Positions 41,685 through 53,236 of a stretch of 64,000 bases of DNA are shown here, piece by piece; position 1 is the stretch's first letter, and every line of letters starts with the position of its first letter. The translations under genes were made by a program, and so were the position numbers. Location of the stretch: contig CAWHXD010000008.1 in assembly GCA_963833225.1 (NCBI GenBank), forward strand, positions 384,001 through 448,000, written 5' to 3'. Source of the stretch: an uncultured Chloroflexia bacterium. Lineage in GTDB: Bacteria > Chloroflexota > Limnocylindria > Limnocylindrales > CSP1-4. The notes below the pieces were generated by a model, which was given only the letters and a program-made list of their open reading frames with translations, made no database searches and was not told the origin of the DNA.

Positions 41685-44294
41685 ATGACCATCGCCGCGT
41701 GCGCGGCCCTGGTCCTGACTCTGGTCGCTCCGTGGCAGCCGAGGGCGCGGGCCGTCGACGACGCCCTGACATCCGCTGACCAGGCGGAGTGGGAGGCGGC
41801 GCTCACCCGGGGTGGCCTGACCGCCGACGCGGCCGCGCAGCTGATGAGCAGCCGCCCCCTGGTCACAGCCAGCGGCGCCGGTCGGTTCGACCCGTTCGTG
41901 GGCCCGATCCCGGACGGTGAGACAGGTCAGCGACCGGCCGGCTACCTCATCCGCGAGGCGTTCGCCCACCTCATCGAGTTCGCCCCGGAACAGATCGCAA
42001 CGCTCCGGGGCGGCACGCTGGGCTGCTCCGAGACCGGCGTCGTCTGCCAGACGGAGGGAGCCCGGCTCGATTCGCCACTGCCCACCACGTGGCTCGTGTC
42101 CTCGATCTTCCTGGACCGCCCGATCAACGTCGATGGACCCAACCTCACCGACGTGTCGCTGGTCATCCACGACGGGCGCCTGGGGCCGGTCGCGCCCGGT
42201 CGGGATCAGCTCGCCGGTGGCGACCCGCTCGAGGGTGGCAACCGGTACCTCGGAATCACCGATGCGCCGGGCGAAGCGGGCCTGGTCGCCCGGACGGCGT
42301 ACTGGGACCCGGCCACCGCCACCTGGACCCAGACACAGAGCCACGGGTTTGCGATCGTCGACGGCACCCTGATCCAGCTCTGGTGGCCGACCACATCCGA
42401 GCTGTTCACGTTCGACGGCCAACGGATCTATGCCGGGGAGGCTGCTGACGGCGAGTTCGCGCCGGGGACCACCGCGTTCTCGTCGATCCCGGTGGTGGTG
42501 GACGGGTGGACGCTCGTCGCCGGGGGCCTCGAAGGGTTGCCGCTGGTGGGCACGGATGGAACCTTCGTCCAGGACCGCGCTCCGGCCATGACAGCCAAGC
42601 CCGCGGCGACGCCAGCGGCGGCGACGCCGACACCGGCACCACCCGCGACCGCCGTTCCGACTCCGACGGCCACCAGCGCACCCTCGGCCACGGCCGCCCC
42701 GGCCACGCCGGGCGCGACGGCCTTCGACATCGGCTCCCTCGCGATCCCGCTGGCCGGTCTGGCCATTGGCCTGGTGATCTCGATCCTCGGCCTCATCCTG
42801 CTCATCCGCGGGCGGCAGCCGGGGCCAGCAGGGCCGGGCCCCGCAATCGCCGCCGGGGGGCCGGGGCGAGACCTCCTCCTCGCCGCCACCAAGGGACCCT
42901 GCGTCGACCTGGCGACGGCCGTCGCCGATGCCAATCGCGCCTGTGAGGAGGCACGTCTGGCCGCACAGCGGGCCCGGGCGGGAGCCGATGACGCGACGGC
43001 GAAGGCCACCGAGGCCCGCCAGCGAGCGCGCGAGGCGACCACCGCGCGTGAGGACGCCCAACGTGCGCTGGACGTCGAGCTCGAGGATCTTGACGAGGGA
43101 ACATCGAGCATCTCGTCGGGCGGCCTGACGCTCACCGAACGCGACCTGCGCCTGATCGAGGACGCCCGACTGGAGCTGGCGGCCACCTATGAGCCGCAGA
43201 TCCGCGCGGCGACTTCGGAAAGCGAGCGATCCGCGGTCAGCGAGCGGTATCGCCAGGAGGTGCACAACCTCGAGAAGGCGGAGACCGTCGAGGCCCTCCG
43301 GGCGGAGGCCGCCAAGACCCTTGAGGCCCGGATCGCCGCCGCCCGGGCGAGGCTTGCGACCGCCAGGGACGCGGAGCGGGCCGCGCTCGACGAGGCAGCC
43401 GATGCGGAGCAGTCGGCCCAGCGAGCGCGCGGAACGGCCCATGCGGCCGAGCAGCAGGCGGACCACGCGTGCCGCCAGGCAGATGTCGTCCGCAAGGCAC
43501 TCCAGGCCTGCCTCGAGCACGCGACCCCGCATCCCATCGGTGTCCCGACCGGGGGCGGCGAGGGCGGCGGGCCCGATCCCGGTCCGGGCGGAGGGCCGCA
43601 GCCCGCCGGCGGTGGTGCGCAGCCGGGCGGCGGGGGTCCTCAGCCGCGCGGCGGCGTGGATGGACCGCCCACGAGTCCCGGCGGCGGGCCTGGCGCGGGT
43701 GGCGGGCCGGGAACGGGTGAGACGCCGCAGCCAGGCGGCGGGCAACCTCCGAAACGGGAGTGCCCGGACGGCGCCCAGCAGTGGCGACCGGTGGGCACCC
43801 GGATCTTCCGGCTCCTGCCGCAGGACGCCAGGATCGAATGGCGGGTGTTCCCGATGCGCAGGCCGTTCGCCGACTGGCTCGAGCCACGTCAGATCGACGA
43901 CCAGGGGAACGCGGTCGAAGGCCCGCCGAGCGTCAGCCAGCGCTCGATGCGGATGATGAAGGGCGATCTCGAGACCCTGTTCAAGGACCTCGACTCGACC
44001 CACCTCTCGGCCGGCGTGCGCTATGACCAGGAGCTCGTCATCGTGGTCCCGTTCGTCAGCCGCCAGCTCCGCAAGGACCGGCAGTGGCTGTGCCAGGGTG
44101 GGCGGTGGGTTGCCACGGACGTCTGTCGCGTCGTGGAGCTCGCGGTGGCGCCGGCGCCGCACGCGTACGGGAACGGTCGCAGGGACGTGACCCTGATGGT
44201 CGTCAGGTCGATCTACGAAGACGCGATGAAGGGGATCGCCGACGCCGCCGAGAACGAGCGGCTGATGGGCCACCTCGAGCGGGAATGCCCGTAG
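41685..44294 (+). CDS. Large hypothetical single-pass membrane protein
   Basis: Signal peptide (ARA cleavage), globular region, Pro/Thr/Ala linker, TM, long coiled coil, Gly/Pro tract and Cys-containing C-terminal domain; GC3-rich codons. Confidence 0.8.
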   Translation: MTIAACAALVLTLVAPWQPRARAVDDALTSADQAEWEAALTRGGLTADAAAQLMSSRPLVTASGAGRFDPFVGPIPDGETGQRPAGYLIREAFAHLIEFAPEQIATLRGGTLGCSETGVVCQTEGARLDSPLPTTWLVSSIFLDRPINVDGPNLTDVSLVIHDGRLGPVAPGRDQLAGGDPLEGGNRYLGITDAPGEAGLVARTAYWDPATATWTQTQSHGFAIVDGTLIQLWWPTTSELFTFDGQRIYAGEAADGEFAPGTTAFSSIPVVVDGWTLVAGGLEGLPLVGTDGTFVQDRAPAMTAKPAATPAAATPTPAPPATAVPTPTATSAPSATAAPATPGATAFDIGSLAIPLAGLAIGLVISILGLILLIRGRQPGPAGPGPAIAAGGPGRDLLLAATKGPCVDLATAVADANRACEEARLAAQRARAGADDATAKATEARQRAREATTAREDAQRALDVELEDLDEGTSSISSGGLTLTERDLRLIEDARLELAATYEPQIRAATSESERSAVSERYRQEVHNLEKAETVEALRAEAAKTLEARIAAARARLATARDAERAALDEAADAEQSAQRARGTAHAAEQQADHACRQADVVRKALQACLEHATPHPIGVPTGGGEGGGPDPGPGGGPQPAGGGAQPGGGGPQPRGGVDGPPTSPGGGPGAGGGPGTGETPQPGGGQPPKRECPDGAQQWRPVGTRIFRLLPQDARIEWRVFPMRRPFADWLEPRQIDDQGNAVEGPPSVSQRSMRMMKGDLETLFKDLDSTHLSAGVRYDQELVIVVPFVSRQLRKDRQWLCQGGRWVATDVCRVVELAVAPAPHAYGNGRRDVTLMVVRSIYEDAMKGIADAAENERLMGHLERECP

Positions 44295-44310
44295 CGGGGA
44301 CCGGCGCGCC

Positions 44311-44928
44311 ATGAACGACCGCCTCGTCGGGTCGGCGCTCTTGGTCGCCGGGCTCGTGATCACCGCCGCGAGTGGCGTGGCGCTTGCCATGGCGGCCAAC
44401 CCGGGCGCCACCCAGGCCACGACACCACCCGCCGCGTCCGCGTCACCGGCGGTCGTCGTGCCCTCGCACCTCACGACCGGACCATCGCCGGTCGTCACGG
44501 TGACGTCGAGCTCCACGCCCACGACGCCGCCCGCCCCCACCCCGAGCCCCACGCCGTCCGGCGCTGACCTGATCACCGCGTTCATGTCCCAGCTCGCCAC
44601 TGCCCTGCGCACCGGCGACGCGACCTTCCAGGTCGCGCACCTGCACCCGGATGCCCTCGCCCGCTACGGCGAGGCGCAGTGCCTCTCGGAGCTCCCGAAG
44701 CGCGCCGATCCCACCGTCGCGATCGACGTGGTGAACGTCGGCCAGCCGGAGCGCTGGGACTACGAGACCGACGGGCTGGCCACCACCATCGGGGCAGCGG
44801 TGCCGGTCGAGGTCGACATGACGATCGAGGGCGTGGCTGCCAAGCGCGTGCTGCACGTGACGCTTGACGCGGGTGAGGTGCGCTGGTTCACGGACTGCGG
44901 CCTGCCGATCGACACGCCGGCGCCGTAG
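44311..44928 (+). CDS. Hypothetical exported protein (TM, Pro/Thr linker, small two-Cys domain)
   Basis: Hydrophobic N-terminus, PT-rich linker, RYGEAQCL...RWFTDCG; starts 16 nt after the previous gene. Confidence 0.75.
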   Translation: MNDRLVGSALLVAGLVITAASGVALAMAANPGATQATTPPAASASPAVVVPSHLTTGPSPVVTVTSSSTPTTPPAPTPSPTPSGADLITAFMSQLATALRTGDATFQVAHLHPDALARYGEAQCLSELPKRADPTVAIDVVNVGQPERWDYETDGLATTIGAAVPVEVDMTIEGVAAKRVLHVTLDAGEVRWFTDCGLPIDTPAP

Positions 44929-45018
44929 CGGCGGCCACGGGCGGGACGGCGGCTGCCATGTCCGCGGCCCCAGCGGCTGCCACTCACGGGACGGCGAAGC
45001 GGGCGCCCTGGGGGATCT

Positions 45019-45368
45019 GCCAGCGAGGCGGCCTGTAAGCCGAGTTCTGTCCCGCGGCTCGCGCCACGGGGACGGTCATCCATCTGTGGCCGCCGGTTGC
45101 CCGACGGCTCATGCGGCCGACCCGAGGGCTGGGCAGCGCGCCTCTTCCCCCCGGCGAACCGGGGTGCGCCCTCCTATTTGGCCTTGCTCCGGGTGGAGTT
45201 TGCCGCGTTTCACTCCGGCACCCGAGGGCGCCGGCATCGTCACTGTGGCACTGGTCCTCGCCTCACGGCGGACGGGCGTTACCCGCCACCCTGCGCTGGG
45301 GAGCTCGGACTTTCCTCACGCCGCCCGGTTGCCCGGCCGACGCGCGACCATCCGGCCGCCTCGCTGGC
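45019..45368 (-). ncRNA. rnpB: RNase P RNA (type A)
   Basis: Minus strand GAGGAAAGTCCGAGCTC and ACAGAACTCGGCTTAC; complementary ends GCCAGCGAGGCGGCC (P1); TACAAT -10 at 45375-45380. Confidence 0.96.
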
Positions 45369-45395
45369 CCGCGGATTGTACGCGGGCCCACCGGA

Positions 45396-45794
45396 TCAGG
45401 GTTCGAACAGCAGCACCTGGTTCGCACCGCTCGTGAGGCGGAGCTGACCCGTGCCCGTGTCGATCGAGTAGACGGGCGATCCCTTGACCACGGCGAGAAC
45501 GGCGGCTTCCTGCTCGGCGACGTCGCCCTTGCACGCCACCATGGACTGCTGGACCGTGTCGAGCAGGATGCGGTTGCCGTCGAGGTGGTAGGACCCCCCG
45601 ACCGTGTTGCACCCGGTTCGCACCGTGAACGTCCCATCGCCCTCGAACGACACCGTGGCGTCGGCGGCCGGCGGGGCGCCGTGGACCTGGGCCAGCGTCC
45701 AGGTCGAGCCCACCAGCACGTCGCGGGTCGTGAGGCACCCGGCCGCGAGCAGCGGGATCGCGAGCAGGGTGGCAAGGCGCGCGAACGTCCTCAC
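45396..45794 (-). CDS. META/HslJ-domain lipoprotein
   Basis: Lipobox LAAGC; LVGSTWTL; TGCN..GGSY; SMVAC. Confidence 0.85.
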   Translation of the reverse strand: MRTFARLATLLAIPLLAAGCLTTRDVLVGSTWTLAQVHGAPPAADATVSFEGDGTFTVRTGCNTVGGSYHLDGNRILLDTVQQSMVACKGDVAEQEAAVLAVVKGSPVYSIDTGTGQLRLTSGANQVLLFEP

Positions 45795-46423
45795 GCCAGG
45801 ATCTTCCGCACGGCCTCCGCGATCGCGCGCCCAAGGGTTCCCTGCCCTGCCGCGGTGAGGTGCACCCCATCGGCCGGATCGATATCCGCGAACGGTCCGG
45901 CGTCGAGGAACTCGACCCCATGTTGCTCGGCGACGGTGCGGTACAGCCGCGCGAACTGCTCGCTCTTTGCCCGGGCCTCGCCGAACCCCCACACCTCGGA
46001 GGCGGTCGTGAGGTCGCCGAGCGGCGGCGGCGCCACGAGCAGGACCCGCGGCGGGCCGCCCGCGGGACCCGTTCCCGACAGCAACGCGAGGTCCACGAGC
46101 GCCCCGGCGCCGTGGGCGATGTCGGGGGCCCCGAGGTGGAGGAACCCCTTGGTGTCGTTGGTGCCGAGCATGATGACGACCACGTCCACCGGTGCGTGGG
46201 AGCGCAGGCACGGCAGGAGGTAGTCCCGCCCGTTCCGGCCGTCGAGCATGGGGTCGTCCCAGATCGTGGTCCGGCCGTTGAGGCCTTCCTCGATCACGTC
46301 GACGACGCCACGCAGCCCCGCGGCGAGGACGCCGGGCCAGCGGACGTCGCGCGAGAACCGGCCGCCCGTCGAGACGTCGTAGCCATGCGTGTTCGAGTCG
46401 CCGTAGCAGACGACAACCGGCAT
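45791..46423 (-). CDS. SGNH/GDSL hydrolase
   Basis: CYGDSNT, EEGLNGRT, MLGTND, DGVH. Confidence 0.92.
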   Translation of the reverse strand: MPVVVCYGDSNTHGYDVSTGGRFSRDVRWPGVLAAGLRGVVDVIEEGLNGRTTIWDDPMLDGRNGRDYLLPCLRSHAPVDVVVIMLGTNDTKGFLHLGAPDIAHGAGALVDLALLSGTGPAGGPPRVLLVAPPPLGDLTTASEVWGFGEARAKSEQFARLYRTVAEQHGVEFLDAGPFADIDPADGVHLTAAGQGTLGRAIAEAVRKILA

Positions 46424-46439
46424 CGATCCCCTCCCCTGT

Positions 46440-46943
46440 TCAGGCGCCTGGAGTGACCCGGCGCGCCCGGGCGATCCGGGCCGGGCCGCCGGCAGCCACC
46501 CGGTCGAGCGCTTCGTTGGCGAGCCGATCCGCGGTGGCATTCTGCGCGCGCGGCACGTGGGTCGCGGACCATCGGCGAACCTGGCCGAGCATCCGCTTCG
46601 CCTCGGCATGGAGCGGCTGGAGCTTCGCGTCCTTGACCCGCCACCGGCCGTGGAGCTGCTCCACGATCAGCTTGGAATCGAGGAATAGGTCCACCTTGTC
46701 GGCGCCGAGCCGAAGGGCGAGCTTGAGCGCCTCCAGAACCCCCGTCCACTCGGCGACGTTGTTGGTCTGGACGCCGAGCGCCTCCGAGATGGTCGCGTCG
46801 GGGAGCGCGGCCGGGTCGAGCGCGTCGGGACGCGAACCGTCGATCAGCGCCGCGCCGAGCGATGCCGGACCCGGGTTGCCCCGAGCCGCCCCGTCGGTGC
46901 GGATGACCAGGTGCGCGATGACCGGGAGCGACGGCTCGCTCAG
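46440..46943 (-). CDS. rnhA: Ribonuclease HI family protein (probable CTG start)
   Basis: TDGAARGNPGPA, TNNVAEW, DSKLIVEQ, HVPRAQNATADRLAN. Confidence 0.9.
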   Translation of the reverse strand: MSEPSLPVIAHLVIRTDGAARGNPGPASLGAALIDGSRPDALDPAALPDATISEALGVQTNNVAEWTGVLEALKLALRLGADKVDLFLDSKLIVEQLHGRWRVKDAKLQPLHAEAKRMLGQVRRWSATHVPRAQNATADRLANEALDRVAAGGPARIARARRVTPGA

Positions 46944-47641
46944 ACCTGCCGCCCCGTGATCGCCCCGGTGACCTCGAGGATCGCCTGCGTGATATGGATG
47001 TCCCGCGGACAGGCGTCTGTGCAGTTGAAGATCGTGCGGCAGCGCCACACGCCGTCCTTGTCGGCCAGGATCTCCAGCCGCTCGTCGGCGTGGTCGTCCC
47101 GGGTGTCGAAGATGAACCGGTGGGCGTTGACGATCGCCGCCGGACCGACGTACTCGGGCTTCGACCAGAACGACGGGCACGAGGTGGTGCACGCGGCGCA
47201 CAGGATGCACTTCGTGGTGTCGTCGTAGCGGGCCCGGTCCTCGGCGGACTGGCGCCGCTCGCGCTCGGGCGGAGTCGATTCGGTCTGCAGGTACGGCTGG
47301 ACGCTCCGGAACTTGGCGAAGAAGGCGTCCATGTCGACCACGAGGTCCTTCATCACCGGCAGGCCCGGCAGCGGCGCCACCGTGATCCGCCTGCCGCCCA
47401 GCTGGTCCACCCGGATCTTGCAGGCGAGGCGGTTGCGGCCGTTGATGAGCATCGCGTCCGAGCCGCACACGCCGTGGCCGCACGAGCGGCGGAAGGTCAG
47501 CGTGCCGTCCTGTTCGTACTTGACCTTGTGGAGGAGGTCCAGGACGCGGTCCATGGGACCGGCCTCGACCGTGTACCGCTCCTCGTGCGGCTTCGTGTCG
47601 CGCTCGGGGTCGTAGCGGAGGATCCGCAGCTCTACAGTCAT
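46940..47641 (-). CDS. sdhB: Succinate dehydrogenase iron-sulfur subunit
   Basis: RSCGHGVCGSD, CILCAACTTSCP, CRTIFNCTDACP. Confidence 0.95.
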   Translation of the reverse strand: MTVELRILRYDPERDTKPHEERYTVEAGPMDRVLDLLHKVKYEQDGTLTFRRSCGHGVCGSDAMLINGRNRLACKIRVDQLGGRRITVAPLPGLPVMKDLVVDMDAFFAKFRSVQPYLQTESTPPERERRQSAEDRARYDDTTKCILCAACTTSCPSFWSKPEYVGPAAIVNAHRFIFDTRDDHADERLEILADKDGVWRCRTIFNCTDACPRDIHITQAILEVTGAITGRQV

Positions 47642-47657
47642 CGTTCGCTCCCCCGCC

Positions 47658-49406
47658 CTAGTAGACACGCGGCTTGGGCTGGAACTTGGTGATCGTGACC
47701 GGCTTGTAGGCCAGCTCGACCGCCCCGTCCGGGCCCTTGCTCGCGAGGGAATGGGTGAGGAAGTTCACGTCGTCCCGATCAGGGTAGTCCTCCCGGCTGT
47801 GCGCGCCGCGGCTCTCCTTCCGGTTGATGCACGCCGCGACCATCCCCTCGGCGCAGTCGAGGAGATACCCGACCTCGCGGGCCTCGAGGAGGTCCGTGTT
47901 GAAGGTCGTGCCCTTGTCGTTGACCGAGACGCTGGCGTAGCGCCCGCGGAGCTCGGCCACCTTGGCCCGGGCCCGCTCGAGGCCAACCGCATCGCGGTAC
48001 ACGCCGGCGTCATCCATCATCACGTCGGCGAGCTCCGTGCGGATCGCCTCCTTGCGCTCCCCCTTCTCGCGGCCCCGGATCGCCTCGATCTCGGCGCGAA
48101 CCGGCTCCATCACGTCGGGCGCGATCTCCGGGACCCCGACACCCTTGATGTCGAGCGTCATCTGGCGACCGGCCCGGCGTCCGAACACGAGCAGGTCCAC
48201 GAGCGAGTTGGTCCCCAGGCGATTGGCGCCGTGGACGGACACACAGGCAGCCTCGCCCGCGGCATACAGCCCCGGGACGACCGTGTTGGCCGCGTCGCGG
48301 GTCACCTGGGTGAGCAGGTTGGTGGGCACGCCGCCCATCGCATAGTGCGCCGTCGGCTGGACCGGGATCGGATCCGTGTAGGGCTCGATGCCCTGGTAGA
48401 CACGCACGAAGTCCGTGATGTCCGGCAGCTTCTCGTCGATCAGCTTGCGGCCGAGGTGGCGGACGTCGAGGTAGACGTAGTCCTTGCCGTCGATGCCGCG
48501 ACCCGCCCGGATCTCCTGGTGGATCGCCCGGCTCACCATGTCGCGCGGCGCGAGCTCCATCAGCTTGGGGGCATAGCGCTCCATGAACCGGAAGCCGTCG
48601 TTGTCGAGCAGGTACGCGCCCTCGCCGCGGGCCGCCTCGGACAGGAGGATGCCGATGCCCACGATGCCCGTCGGGTGGAACTGGTAGAACTCCATGTCCT
48701 GCATCGGGACGCCATGCCGGTACGCGAGCGAGACGCCATCCCCGGTCAGGCTCCACGCGTTCGAGGTGACCCGGAACATGCGCCCGAAGCCGCCGGTGGC
48801 GATCAGCACCGCCTTGGAGCGCAGCGTGACGAGCTCGCCGTCGGCGATCCGGTACGCGACCACGCCGGCGGCGCGTCCGCCCGAGCCCAGGTCCCCGCCC
48901 TCGGTCACGAGGTCCACGACGTGGTACTCGTCGTAGAACTTGACGCCGTGCTTGAGGCACTGCTGGTACAGGGTCTGCAGGATCATGTGGCCGGTGCGGT
49001 CGGCGGCGAAGCAGGCCCGCTTGACAGGACCCTCGCCGTAGTTGCGCGTGTGGCCGCCGAACCGCCGCTGGTCGATCCGTCCGTCCGGCGTCCGGTTGAA
49101 CGGCAGCCCCATGTGCTCGAGCTCGATCACCGTCTCGATGGCCTCGCGGGCGAGCACCTCGGCCGCATCCTGGTCAACCAGGTAGTCACCACCCTTGATG
49201 GTGTCGAACATGTGCCACTCCCAGTGGTCCTCCTCCTGGTTTCCCAGGGCGGCACACACGCCGCCCTGGGCGGCGCCGGTATGGGAGCGGGTGGGATAGA
49301 GCTTGGTCAGGACAGCCGAGTCCACGCCCGCCTTGGCGAGCTCGAGCGCGGCCCACAGGCCGGCGCCACCCGCGCCGACGATGAGGGCGTCGTGGTCGCG
49401 GATCAT
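47658..49406 (-). CDS. sdhA: Succinate dehydrogenase flavoprotein subunit
   Basis: GAGGAG, RSHTGAAQGG (FAD His), QFHPT, HYAMGG, HGANRLGTNSL, ESRGAH. Confidence 0.97.
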   Translation of the reverse strand: MIRDHDALIVGAGGAGLWAALELAKAGVDSAVLTKLYPTRSHTGAAQGGVCAALGNQEEDHWEWHMFDTIKGGDYLVDQDAAEVLAREAIETVIELEHMGLPFNRTPDGRIDQRRFGGHTRNYGEGPVKRACFAADRTGHMILQTLYQQCLKHGVKFYDEYHVVDLVTEGGDLGSGGRAAGVVAYRIADGELVTLRSKAVLIATGGFGRMFRVTSNAWSLTGDGVSLAYRHGVPMQDMEFYQFHPTGIVGIGILLSEAARGEGAYLLDNDGFRFMERYAPKLMELAPRDMVSRAIHQEIRAGRGIDGKDYVYLDVRHLGRKLIDEKLPDITDFVRVYQGIEPYTDPIPVQPTAHYAMGGVPTNLLTQVTRDAANTVVPGLYAAGEAACVSVHGANRLGTNSLVDLLVFGRRAGRQMTLDIKGVGVPEIAPDVMEPVRAEIEAIRGREKGERKEAIRTELADVMMDDAGVYRDAVGLERARAKVAELRGRYASVSVNDKGTTFNTDLLEAREVGYLLDCAEGMVAACINRKESRGAHSREDYPDRDDVNFLTHSLASKGPDGAVELAYKPVTITKFQPKPRVY

Positions 49407-49801
49407 GCCGGCACCTGCGGCATCGGCAGCGTGAACACGACCATGGTGCCCATCGCGAGCAGGACCAGGCCGACGAGATACAGCGCCAGCGTCAGCGTGG
49501 AGCGCCTGCCGCCCGAGGTGTAGTCGCCGATGACCGTTCGCACGCCCATGAACGCGTGGAACAGCACGAACACCAGCATCATCCAGTCGATCGTGCGCTG
49601 CGCGATGCTCGCCCAGCGGGCGGTGACCCAGACGGCATCCTGGATGGCCGGGTCGTAGACGAAGTGGACGACGATGTAGTGGGAGATGGCCAGCACGAAC
49701 AGACCCAGGCCGGTGAGGCGCATCAGGTACCAGATCGCGAGCTCCCACCCGCTGCCCGATGGCCGTGCGCGGCCGGATCGCGTGACGCCGTAGGTGTTCA
49801 T
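49403..49801 (-). CDS. sdhD: Succinate dehydrogenase membrane anchor
   Basis: MRLTG, FHAFMGVRTVIGDY; three TM segments; operon position. Confidence 0.9.
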   Translation of the reverse strand: MNTYGVTRSGRARPSGSGWELAIWYLMRLTGLGLFVLAISHYIVVHFVYDPAIQDAVWVTARWASIAQRTIDWMMLVFVLFHAFMGVRTVIGDYTSGGRRSTLTLALYLVGLVLLAMGTMVVFTLPMPQVPA

Positions 49802-50184
49802 GAGCCGAACCTGAAGGGGGGCTCAAGCCCGAAGGCCGGGGCCATGATCTGGATGAGGATGGGCAGGCCGATCAGCGCGAACAGCACCCAGTTGAGGTAC
49901 CAGAGCTGCTTGTGGTAGCGCGTCATCGACGGCCAGAAGTCCATCACGACGATCCGCAGGCCGTTGAGCGCGTGGTACAGGAGAGCAGCCCCGAGGAGCG
50001 ACTCCATCACCCGCCCGAACGGGCTCGCATAGATCTGGAGGACGTCGTCATAGAGCGGCGGGTTCACGCCCGCGAGCCAGATGTCCAGGACGTGGAGCAG
50101 GATGAACGCCCAGATGGCGACACCCGAGATGCGGTGGAACGCCCAGGCGAGCATTCCCTCGCTGCCCCGATACCGCAGGAGCAT
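49798..50184 (-). CDS. sdhC: Succinate dehydrogenase cytochrome b subunit
   Basis: HRISG, HALNGLR; GGAGG RBS; TAGAAT -10 at 50332-50337. Confidence 0.92.
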   Translation of the reverse strand: MLLRYRGSEGMLAWAFHRISGVAIWAFILLHVLDIWLAGVNPPLYDDVLQIYASPFGRVMESLLGAALLYHALNGLRIVVMDFWPSMTRYHKQLWYLNWVLFALIGLPILIQIMAPAFGLEPPFRFGS

Positions 50185-50542
50185 GGAGCCTCCGTGACTC
50201 GCGGCCCGCCCCGGCGGGTCGAGGATGGTGGCCCGGCGTTCAGCCGATCCGGGCGATGGGCATGCGTTGGCTTGATCCGCGCCCCGGGTCCAGTCGCCGG
50301 GAGCTGGCGTGACACGGTGGGGCGTGAGGCCATTCTAGCCGTGCGCCTGGTCCCGCGGGTTCCCGACTGGTCCCGTGTTCCGCCGGGCCGGAGGTCGTCG
50401 CGGCATGGGCCAATCGGCCATGGGCGCCAACACCCTGGGCTGGAGAAGGTGGGTTCGCGATCCCGGTCCGCGAGGCCGGGGCTATGATCGGAGTCCGCTC
50501 CAGCCCTCGTCCGCTCCCCTTGCCGGAGGTCTCGCCCGTCGC

Positions 50543-51723
<1,181 letters not shown>

Positions 51724-51727
<4 letters not shown>

Positions 51728-52608
51728 GCATCCTGATCGGCAAGGACACGCGGCTGGTCGTCCATGGCATCACCGGGCGTGAGGGCACGTTCCACAGCAC
51801 GGCGATGCTGGAGTACGGGACGAACATCGTCGCGGGCATGACGCCGGGCAAGGGTGGACAGACCGCGCTCGACGGGCGCGTGCCGGTGTTCAACACCGTG
51901 CAGGACGCCGTCGACCAGACCGGCGCCAACACCTCGTGCATCTTCGTCCCCGCGGCCGGTGCCCCGGACTCGGTGCTGGAGGCCGTCGACGCCGGGATCA
52001 AGACGATCTTCTGCATCACAGAGGGCATCCCCGCCCTGGACATGGTCCCGGTGGTCGAGGTCGTCCAGCGAGCCGGCGCGCTGCTGATCGGCCCCAACTG
52101 CCCGGGCGCGACGTCGCCTGGCCGGGCCAAGGTCGGCATCATCCCCGGCTCGATCCACCTCGAGGGCCGGGTGGGCGTCGTGTCCCGGTCGGGAACTCTC
52201 ACCTACGAGGCCGTCCAGGCGATGACGGATGCCGGGCTCGGGCAATCCACGTGCGTGGGCATCGGCGGCGATCCCGTGATCGGGACGCAGTTCCTCCAGG
52301 TGCTCCAGCTGTTCGCGGCCGATCCCGATACCGAGGCGCTGGTCCTGATCGGCGAGATCGGCGGCGCGGCCGAGGAGGAAGCGGCCACCTGGGCAGCCGA
52401 ACACATGGCACACGTTCCCAAGGTCGCGTTCATCGCCGGGCGGACGGCCCCCGAAGGCAAGCGCATGGGCCACGCCGGCGCGATCATCTCGGGCGGGCGC
52501 GGGACCGCCGCGTCCAAGGTCACGGCGCTCGAGGCCGCGGGGTTCCGGGTGGCCGGCTCCCCCACCGAGCTTCCGGCGCTGCTGCGCGAGGCCGGCTACC
52601 GCGGTTGA
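51724..52608 (+). CDS. sucD: Succinyl-CoA ligase alpha subunit
   Basis: [31 protein letters not shown] (phospho-His). Confidence 0.97.
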
Positions 52609-52720
52609 TACGGGCGGCGCACGCCCGCGAATCCGGGTGACGGAGGCCGTAGACTAGCCGGCATCCGCTGCCCCGGGGCGGCAGCCGGCCAACGGAAGGA
52701 GGATCGGCGCTCCAGCGCAA

Positions 52721-53191
52721 ATGAGCAGTCTGATGGACCTCGTCGCGGGCGACGCCCGTGACATCGTCCTGGTGCTCTCCACCGACGACAACGCGGCGTT
52801 CGCGGACACGGACCGCTTCGTCGCCCACCTGCCGCTCGGTGGCGGCCTCGATCCCACGTGGCTGGACTTGTTCAGCGAGGCCGTGCGCTCGGTGAGCGCG
52901 AACGAGGAGATCATGGACTTCCTCGACGCCCGGTCGGAGCTCGATGGCGCCGCCTCCAGCTCGGAATGGATCGTGGACCGGGTGGACCCCGACTGGATCG
53001 AGGCCGTGGCGAAGCTCCCGGATGAGCAGTTGGGAGCGCTCGCCGGCCGCTGGATCGAGCTGCTCGAGGAGGAGCTGGGGCTGCTCCCCCGGGAGGAGAA
53101 ACCCTGGATCCGCGACCTCGCCGGTCGGATCGTCGCGTTCTCCCGGGCGGCACTGGGGGCTCGCGACATCGTCTTCGCCTGGGCCTTCTGA
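52721..53191 (+). CDS. Acidic hypothetical protein
   Basis: 156-aa ORF with coding-like GC3 and a globular, Trp-containing composition. Confidence 0.7.
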   Translation: MSSLMDLVAGDARDIVLVLSTDDNAAFADTDRFVAHLPLGGGLDPTWLDLFSEAVRSVSANEEIMDFLDARSELDGAASSSEWIVDRVDPDWIEAVAKLPDEQLGALAGRWIELLEEELGLLPREEKPWIRDLAGRIVAFSRAALGARDIVFAWAF

Positions 53192-53236
53192 CTTCCGGCC
53201 CTCCCCGCGGGCAGCGCAACTGCGCATGCTTCCGCC

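Noticed and set aside
41517-44612. 1031-aa minus-strand ORF, and similar long ORFs such as 21271-23805, 53814-56615 and 57019-60111
   Set aside because: They are antisense shadows of well-supported genes, caused by scarce stop codons in GC-rich DNA; they are Arg/Gly-rich and lack motifs.
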